Shown here in pieces: positions 55,879 to 64,000 of a stretch of DNA of 64,000 nucleotides (positions are counted from its first letter, which is position 1; each line of letters begins with the position of its first letter). This stretch comes from Octopus sinensis (lineage: Eukaryota), in the NCBI RefSeq assembly GCF_006345805.1, contig NC_043001.1, forward strand, positions 104,966,001 to 105,030,000, given 5' to 3'. The notes under the pieces are model-generated. The model was not told the origin of the DNA, ran no database searches, and worked only from the letters and a program-made list of their open reading frames with translations. The translations under genes and the position numbers were made by a program.

Positions 55879-56290
55879 GGCGGCGAGCTGGCAGAGTCGT
55901 TAGCACGCCGGGCGAGATGCTTAGCGGTGTTTCGTCTGTCTTTATGTTCTGAGTTGAAATTCCATCAAGGCCGACTTTGCCTTTCATCATTTCGGCGTCG
56001 ATAAATTAAGTACCAGTGGCGTCCTGGGGTCGATCAAATCGACTGGCCTCTTCCCCCGCCAAAATTTCGGGCTTTGTGCATACACCAGAAAAGAAACGTT
56101 AGAACGCCGGGCGAAATGCTTAGCTGTATTTCGGCTGCCGCTACGTTCTGAGTTCAAATTCCGCCGAGGTCGACTTTGCCTTTCATCCTTTCGGGGTCGA
56201 TTAAATAAGTACCAGTTACGCACTGGGGTCGATGTAATCGACTTAATCCGTTTGTCTGTCCTTGTTTGTCTTCTCTGTGTTTAGCCCCTT
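55879..56290 (+). mobile_element. Two adjacent SINE family A copies with different tails
   Basis: 55879-56094 has the AAAATTTCGGGC tail; 56095-56290 is 5'-truncated with the GTTTGTC tail. Confidence 0.9.
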
Positions 56291-56395
56291 GCATCGCCAT
56301 TCGTTTGACGCATCAGGTATTTTGCAATTAATCTCTGATCCTGTATCACATACCTTTTTCCTATGCTTATATGTATGTATCTATTTATGCATAGT

Positions 56396-56756
56396 GGAGG
56401 CGCAATGGCCCAGTGGTTAGAGCAGCGGACTCGTAGTCATAGGATCACCGCTTCGATTCCCAGACCGGGTGTTGTGAGTGCTTATTGAGCGAAAACACCT
56501 AGAGCTCTACGAGGCTCCGGCAAGGTGGGTGGGTGGCGGCGAACCCTGCTGTACTCTTTCACCACAAATTTTCTCTCACTCTTTCTTCCCGTTTCTGTTG
56601 TACCTGTATTACACTCTGTGTCACGCTGAATCTCCTCGAGAAATACGTTATGGGTATACGTGACTGTGGAGTGCTCAGCCACTTTCACTTTAATTTCACG
56701 AGCAGGCTGTTCGGATCAGCTGGAACCCTCGTCGTCGTAACTGACGGAGTGCCACG
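56396..56756 (+). mobile_element. SINE family D, full length
   Basis: tRNA-like head with A/B boxes; tail CACTCTGTGTCACGCTGAATCTC..GACGGAGTGCC. Confidence 0.88.
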
Positions 56757-57354
56757 ATTTATGCATATATTTACCTGTGTGCACGTGTCTGCATGTGTGT
56801 GCATACGTGTGTGCGTGTGTGTGTCTGCATGTGTGTGCATACGTGTGTGTGTGTGTATGTGCGTCTGCATGTGTGTGCATACGTGTGTGTGTGTGTGTGT
56901 GTGTGCTTTACTTGAAATACATTATCGTTAAACCGTTGAAAGTAACTATCTCATCAAATAGTCATAATCTCTAGTCCTGTCGAACCGACGCAAGTAGAGA
57001 CAACCCGAAATTATACCGTGAGCTTGTTTGGATATATGGATTACTTGTCCCATTGTATTTATATAATCTCCTTAAGGTGAAGTACAAAATGTTGATTTCA
57101 TTTGAATGTTAATGAAAATATGACATTTTGCTTGCGATACAATGAAGTTTATATTTAACGAGAAATTTCAAGCTTCAATTCTCTTGTGTCATTAGACAAT
57201 TTCCGTCACATCCATGGTTCTAAATGAAACTTTAATGATACGAAATAATCATTTATTTCACCCATCACTTGTACGATAATTTGTGGCATACAAACATATT
57301 TGCACAGACGGAACACCCACGTACAAACCAGTAACTACACCAGCATCCCTGTAT

Positions 57355-57795
57355 GTATGTGTCTATGTATGTATGTATGTATGTATGTATGTATGTATGT
57401 ATGTATGTATGTATGTATGTATGTATGTATGCATGCGTGCATGTATGTATGTATGTATGTATGTATGCATGTATGTATGCATGTATGCATGTATATATGT
57501 ATGTATGTATGTGTGTATGTATGTATGCATGTATGCATGTACGTTTGTATTTATGTATGTATGCATGTATGTATGTATGTATGCATGTATGTATGTATTT
57601 ATGTATGTATGTATGTATGCATGTATGTATTATTATGTATATTTATGCACGTATGTATGTATGTATGCATGTATGTATGTATTTATGTATGTATGTATTT
57701 ATGTATGTATGTATGTGTGTGTATGTATGTATGTATTTATGTATGTATGTATGTATGTATGTATGTATTGTATGTATGTATATATGTATTTATGT
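57355..57795. repeat. (TATG)n microsatellite
   Basis: Direct reading; MYVC ORFs are artefacts. Confidence 0.95.
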
Positions 57796-57911
57796 ATGTC
57801 TCTGCCTCCCTCTACAGCCATATACATATAAATATATATGCATACATGCACGAATACACACATTCACAAACACACACACACGCACACAGAAACGTACACA
57901 TAACTATAAAT

Positions 57912-57950
<39 letters not shown>

Positions 57951-59740
57951 AATAGATATTTATCAATCTGCCAATATATATATACACAAAGTGAGAGAGA
58001 AGAGAGAGAGTGAGAAAGAGTGAAAGAGAGAGAGATTGTTATAGTAGTATATTTGCAAGTAGTGCCAAATATCAAACCATACACTCCACGTCAATTTAAA
58101 ATGCTGATATCCGTGGGGCAGCTGATGATGGAGGTATGTTGGATTGTTGGTATGGCTATATTTGTACATGTTGAATAGTATTATAACACGTCCTTTTGAT
58201 ATATATCAATTTATTAATTTATAAATAATTGGAAACTTGCACACACAAACACACACATGAATATATGAAGGAAGTCGACCCAAAATTCGTAGCCCCCGCT
58301 CGGTAACTCTGAGAGAAGATGCAGCGAAAAGGACACTCAACGGTATAGTGCAAGCCAGCAACAATTGCATCAGTAGAGAGCGCACACCGCACGGTGCGAT
58401 TATCACCACGCTCCGTTTGGCAATGTGTGCTGTTATCTATGCAAAGCAGAAAGAAAATAACACGTTGATGCTTGTGTAGTGTCGTGGCTCGGCCGAAGGC
58501 AACAATGCGTTGATGTACGTTTTCGGCACTTATTAACATCAATTGCTAGTTTATATGTGACAAAGAGACATATAAGTTAGCAAAACTTGTATGTGCATGG
58601 ATAAGATCTAACATATCCAAAATGAATATAAACAAAATAAATATAAAAAAAGAAAACAAAACTAAATAAATACGATGGTTATTGGATATTGAAAAAATAT
58701 TATTAGTTTGACTAATTAAGTTGTTATTCTGAGTGAACCTTTCCAAGACAAAAGACTGATGGTTTACTGAAATTATGGTAAGAAAAATACTGATAATTTT
58801 TTTCATCCTTTTAACAGGGTATTTTTATACAACATTTTGAGTTGGCTGTGGGAATTAGTGGATAAGTGGCAAGCACTAAAAGGATATGTAATTCCATTAG
58901 ACTCTTGATAGAAAAACTAAAACCAACAAGATGCCAAACGGAATTCAACGAAGTATGTGTGCATACATATCACTTGTTAGGAATGCAAGTCTAATCTCGC
59001 TCGTATCACAGCCTACACTTTTAAATGGAAAAAAAAGTCATAGCCTAATGTAATTCTAGATGTACCGTACTTGCGAAAAGAAATAGCAGATAGAAGTGTC
59101 TGGAAGAACTATTATTGTGTATGCACAGACCGAGGCAAAACTTATTTTGTGGAAGATTAACGGTTACACGTTCATGCAAGTCTCCCCTTTCACGCCACCC
59201 ATATTTCCAATTGGAAAAAAACATCAAAGCAAGGGCTAGTACAGTTCGTCACTCGTGACGTCGCAGCTATTGTCGTTATAACGCAGAGAGATGGAAAAGA
59301 TACTGGAACGCATCGTGTCCAATGTCCCAGCAGTCACACCATTAGATAATTCTGGATGGGTAGATCTTTTATTGCTTTTGGAAAGATGAAAGCTAAGTTG
59401 ATCAAGACATAATTTCAAATCAGAGCTGTAGAGAATCGAAACCAATGCCTTGAGGTGTTCTATCAAATACACGAACAACGTTGACAATTTGCTCTTTTGA
59501 ATTTTTGGATGGAAGTTTTTTATACTTGACTGGTATACATGTTGTGTGTTATTAAGTTTTACTCCAGAAAATCTTAGGAAATTGTTCCTTGTCTGGATTT
59601 GAACCCATGGAATATAAGAGAGAATGACTACTGTGAAGTATTTTGAGTGATGTTTTAACGATTCTGCCAATCTGCTTCGTTAGCGACTAAAATAACGATT
59701 CTTTGTGATTTTGACTAAAGGACAGTTATTGAAAGCGAAG

Positions 59741-59918
59741 GGGCAGTAAGTAGATTACATCGACTCCTGTACTCAACTGGTACTTATTTTATCGACCACG
59801 AAACGATGAAAGGCAATGCCAACGTCTGTAGAATTTGCGCTCAAAGCACGAAGAGACCGAAGAAATATCGCTAAGCGTTTTGTTCGAAGCACTAACTATT
59901 CGGCAAGATCGCGACCTT
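59741..59918 (-). mobile_element. SINE family A, old and degenerate
   Basis: ACTGGTACTTATTTTATCGAC..GATGAAAGGCAA core. Confidence 0.7.
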
Positions 59919-60042
59919 AAAGGCTAAGTTAAAAGTTTAATAACAACGACCGTGAATTATTAGAAGTAAGGTTCGATAAATAAGACAAATTATACAAATA
60001 CCACATTCAGCCGTGTGCAGGAACAAGATCAGATTGATCATA

Positions 60043-60276
60043 CCTATTTCTTTACTACCCACAAGGGGCTAAACACAGAGGGGACAAACAAGGACAGACA
60101 AACGGATTGAGTCGATTACATCGACCCCAGTGCGTAACTGGTACCTAATTTATCGATCCCGAAAGGATGAAAGGCAAAGTTGACCTCGGCGGAATTTGAA
60201 CTCAGAACGTAACAACAGACGATATACGGCTACGCATTTCTCCCGGCGTTCTAACGTTTCTGCCAGCTCGCTGCCT
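60043..60276 (-). mobile_element. SINE family A, full length, with 14-bp TSD
   Basis: TSD TCAGATTGATCATA at 60029-60042 and 60277-60290. Confidence 0.95.
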
Positions 60277-61506
60277 TCAGATTGATCATAACTGCAGCGG
60301 AGTTATGATCTCCAGTGATCTGGAGGTATGATCTGCAGTCGGGGCGTGTTATTCCGTCATTCATTGTACCTGGACCACTTTGTCGAATGTGTCATCATTA
60401 TTTTTTTAATTAAAATTTGAATTCGATTTAAGAGTTTGACTTGCTATTTCTAGAATATCTGAAAGCCTACCAGTGCACGACTAACTCCCACTGGCGATAT
60501 AAACACAAGTGCTTATATGCATTACAAGCCCATATGAGAATCTCTCACGGTAAATAACACAGTATTCTGTGTTCTAATTTTAAGTGAGGGATAAAAATTA
60601 CCTTTTGGGATAATCAGTGCGCTGACGCTTTAAATTATTAATTTTTTTAAAACCAGGAATTGGCCAAGATTGAGCACACATATGGTCGAAATCCTTCACG
60701 CGATAGAAGTTTGACTGCTATGTCTAGAAGATGTAGCGACCAGGTACAGATTCCCTTGTTAATTCGTATTATTGGCAGAGCAGCAGTAAGGTCGATAAAA
60801 ACGGCTATACGTCTCACACAACATATGTGGCCTTGTCTCTAAGCAAGAAATCACTATTGCAGCTCGATAAAAATTTATTGATGTTACATAATCAGAAGGA
60901 ATATTGTAAAATTTCTTATCATTTTTACATCAATCACTATTTTATCGAATCGATAGTATTGTCATAACCTTTGAGTTCAACTTGAAAATGTGAAATCTTA
61001 ACAAAGGCCTGTTTTCGAGCAAATATTTTCAAGTCGTTTCTTTAACATTTCCAACACACAATTTAATCTATGAAATACTACTTTCATCTCACTCATTCAC
61101 TCGTTTTCACTTTCTTCCACAATCTTTCATCCCCTCTCTCCCCCACCACTATTTCTCCACCACCCTCTCTTCACTCTTTTTCCCTATCGTCTCTCTCTTT
61201 CTCTCTCTTAAATTCATTCCTTCTCCTCCGTTTGTCTTTGAAATATCTTCCACTTAATTTGCGTACTTGGTTTTCTTGAACCACTATCTCGAAACGTGTA
61301 CGCACACACACACATGCACGTACACACATAGAGCCGCACATACGCACATGCACAAACACACACATATTGAATTCTTTTCTCACTATATGAGATTAAAATC
61401 ACAATATTCTTCGGGTAAAAACTGGCAAACTTTTTGACATAAAACTTGTATCATAAGAATTCCATTTGCTTCAAGTTATTAACTAACAGTGTATATACTG
61501 TTGTCC

Positions 61507-61648
<142 letters not shown>

Positions 61649-61730
61649 TCAATTTCTGCACACCACACATAATACTCTCTACATGCACACTCATATATAT
61701 ACAGTGGTAGGTCAGATGTACAGAAATTGA

Positions 61731-61910
61731 ATATTGAGAAAAAACGTCGCTAGAATTTTAGAAAAAAAGTATTTTTCTTTCTTCGTTATTATTAGCGCTT
61801 TCGTTCGTTTCTTGAACTTTCCATATAAAATTTGAATTCAAACGAACGAAAGCGTTAATTATAATGAAGAAATAAAAAGATTTTTCCAAACTTCTGACGA
61901 CCTTTTTTCT

Positions 61911-61916
<6 letters not shown>
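61731..61916. mobile_element. Fold-back MITE-like palindrome
   Basis: ATATTGAGAAAAAA/TTTTTTCTCAATAT ends; inner GCTTTCGTTCGTTT/AAACGAACGAAAGC. Confidence 0.7.
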
Positions 61917-61949
<33 letters not shown>

Positions 61950-61961
61950 AAGATAATTTAT

Positions 61962-62384
61962 GGATAAAATTTTTATAAGATTTTATGAAGTAGCCAGCAT
62001 GTAATAAAACCATATATGTAGCAATTAATACACAAGATATAATTATATAACTATAATTATAATAAGGACACTAATGAGTAGTGCCACATGCTACAAATCG
62101 ACGCGGAATTGTCGTAAGAACAATATTTTCACCACATTGGCTCGAGCTGAAAGCGAGGGAAGTGAATAAAAAAGATTTTTTAAACAGGGTTTAACCATAG
62201 ATCGATTTTTAGTTTAGAGATGTAAATCCCTTTATTGTCATCAGTATACTGTAATTCATTATATATGATTATAAACATTTCTTCATACCCATACGAATAT
62301 CCTGCATCCACAAGCGCATATAAAAATGTTCATATTTATATACAAGTAAAGGCAACTTCATAAAATCTTATAAAGAATTTATCC
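61962..62384 (+). mobile_element. Short element with 34-bp inverted ends and a decayed hammerhead-like motif
   Basis: 61962-61995 vs 62351-62384 are 31/34 complementary; CTAATGA-GTAG..CTAC-AAATCG at 62071-62100. Confidence 0.55.
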
Positions 62385-62425
62385 TTAATTATAATTAAAT
62401 ATAATATCAACCACTTCGACAAATA

Positions 62426-63641
62426 TTCGGTTGGCAACTAAGTTCTCGCCGTTTTCTTAAATTTAAATTTTTTTAAGGGTTTAATAAAAAAAATAACAAC
62501 TAATTAATCAATAATGTATTCACCCTTGTTTACAACTTCTTCCCAACGTTCAACAAGATTTCAATACATCGTTGGTAGAAATCACCCGATTTCGACTCGA
62601 AAAATGGATCCAACCAAGCTCTCATTCTGCATCAGTATTGATCGAAACTTGGCGCATAGCATTTGAATGGTTTCCTTGGTCATATTGGCGATATGAGGGC
62701 GGGCGTTGTCGTGCAGCAGAAGAACTCCATGTTGGCGATTAGGTCTTTTCTCTTAGATAGTCGTGTTAAGTCGTTGCATCTGTTGAACATAGGGTTCCGC
62801 GTTGACCGTTTGGTTCCGTTCAACCAATTCGTAATGGAAAATCCCTTCCCAGTCCCACGATACGCACAACATCGTTTTACGCGGATGAAGATCTTGTTTC
62901 ACATGCGGCGTCGCTTGTTTACCGGGGCTAAGCCATTCCTTACACTTCTTCATATTGAAGTACAGGCACCATTTTTCATCATCGGTAATGATTCGGTAAA
63001 GAAATCGTTGCTTGTGTCCATCAGTTGAGCGGTGACGAGCAAGCAAACCAGCGGAGATTGTGACTCGTTGATTTTTGTTGTTGTCACTTAAAGCATGCAG
63101 AACCCATGCTCCATACTTCTGAACTTTTCCCATCGAGTGAAGATGCTTCTCTATAGCAGTGTGGGAGCATTCCATTTTCTCTGCCAGTTCCCATTTCGTT
63201 TGACGAGAATTTTCGTGCAAAAGTTGGTTGAATCGCTCTTCACCGAACTCAACTGGATGGCCGGTACAAGGTGCGTCTTTGAGGTCAAAATTTCCATTGT
63301 TGAACTTGGCATACCAATCACGAGCGGTTCTTTCAGCTATGGCACTCTCTCTATACAGAGCACAAATGTCACGTCAGCTTTTGCGGCCTTAGAACCTTGA
63401 TTAAAAGCAAAAAGGAGGTGTCGAAATTGCCTGTTTTTCTTAAGTTGACATTCTATCTTAATGATTTGAAATAAACAAAAAATAACTAAAACTAACTAGA
63501 CAAAAAAAAACAAACAAAACAAAATACATTCCAAAATGATTCAAAAATAGAATTCTCGAAAAAAATAGATTCCAAAATTTAAAAAAGGCAATACATTCCA
63601 AAATAAAAAAAAAAACAGCGGGAACTTAGTTGCCAACACAA
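62426..63641 (-). mobile_element. mariner DNA transposon, near full length (1216 bp), inactive
   Basis: 30-bp TIRs TT(CG/GT)GTTGGCAACTAAGTTC(T/C)CGC(C/T)GTTTT flanked by TA; WVLHAL, ITDDEKW, HDNARPH motifs. Confidence 0.95.
62504..63457 (-). pseudogene. mariner transposase pseudogene
   Basis: ORF 62753-63220 plus flanks; start codon lost, internal stop, frameshifts, and deletion of the HPPYSPDLAP..D segment. Confidence 0.9.
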
Positions 63642-64000
63642 TATATTCACTCCGGTATTATTTCATGGTCGTATACGCTCGTGGCTGAGGTGAACGAATT
63701 AGATTTTGCTTGTATATAAATATCTTCAACTTAATTTGCGTACTTGTTTTTTCCTTGCATCACCACGTCGGAACATGACCCCCCCACACACACGTATGTA
63801 TGTATGGATGGTGCAAACAGGAAACTAGAACTCAGAACATGGCGATATGCAGGTCTTTTATCAATAATAAACAAGAGTTACAAAGTGACTGATAGAAAGA
63901 GCGTTCCGTGCGTTAGAAACTATCAAACAAGTTTCAAATCAACGGGTCATAAGTTTCTATGCAGGTGATAAGTGGTCTTTTCTTGGACTGTTCTGGAAGA

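Noticed and set aside
57283-58013. Long [16 protein letters not shown]-type ORFs here and elsewhere
   Set aside because: Translations of (TATG)n, (TA)n, (CA)n and (ATCT)n repeats.
58240-58545. Possible second mariner fragment
   Set aside because: Only a vague TIR-like start; no transposase motif in any frame.
60284-60310. 10-bp hairpin GATCATAACT/AGTTATGATC
   Set aside because: Short, single instance, within chance expectation.

Overview
AT-rich eukaryotic DNA, most likely an intron or intergenic stretch of an octopus (coleoid cephalopod) genome. This assignment is an inference from the tRNA-derived SINE families and the extreme microsatellite load. There is one 100-N gap at 26619-26718. 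I recognise no host protein-coding gene; nearly all ORFs in the track are read-throughs of simple repeats or SINEs. The real coding remnants all belong to transposable elements: a Neptune-type Penelope-like element (RT + GIY-YIG, 40803-44295), a 5'-truncated Tx1/L1 element between (ATCT)n arrays, an RTE LINE, about 8 fragments of restriction-like-endonuclease (R4/Dong/HERO-type) LINEs mostly in (TAA)n arrays, a near-full-length dead mariner, a hAT MITE and more than 20 SINE copies. The most interesting signals are structured RNAs. (1) A textbook type I hammerhead ribozyme occurs twice in inverted orientation (26021-26082 minus, 26357-26418 plus) inside a short element with inverted ends; a decayed relative of the same design lies near 62 kb. 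(2) Minimal Penelope-type hammerheads lie at 6936-6970 and 40900-40937. (3) A 544-bp A-B-A-B-A tandem at 18991-20339 has hairpins that covary with a distant relative at 25.4-25.6 kb, which itself forms a 173-bp palindrome. All structures were folded by eye; no searches or computations were run.
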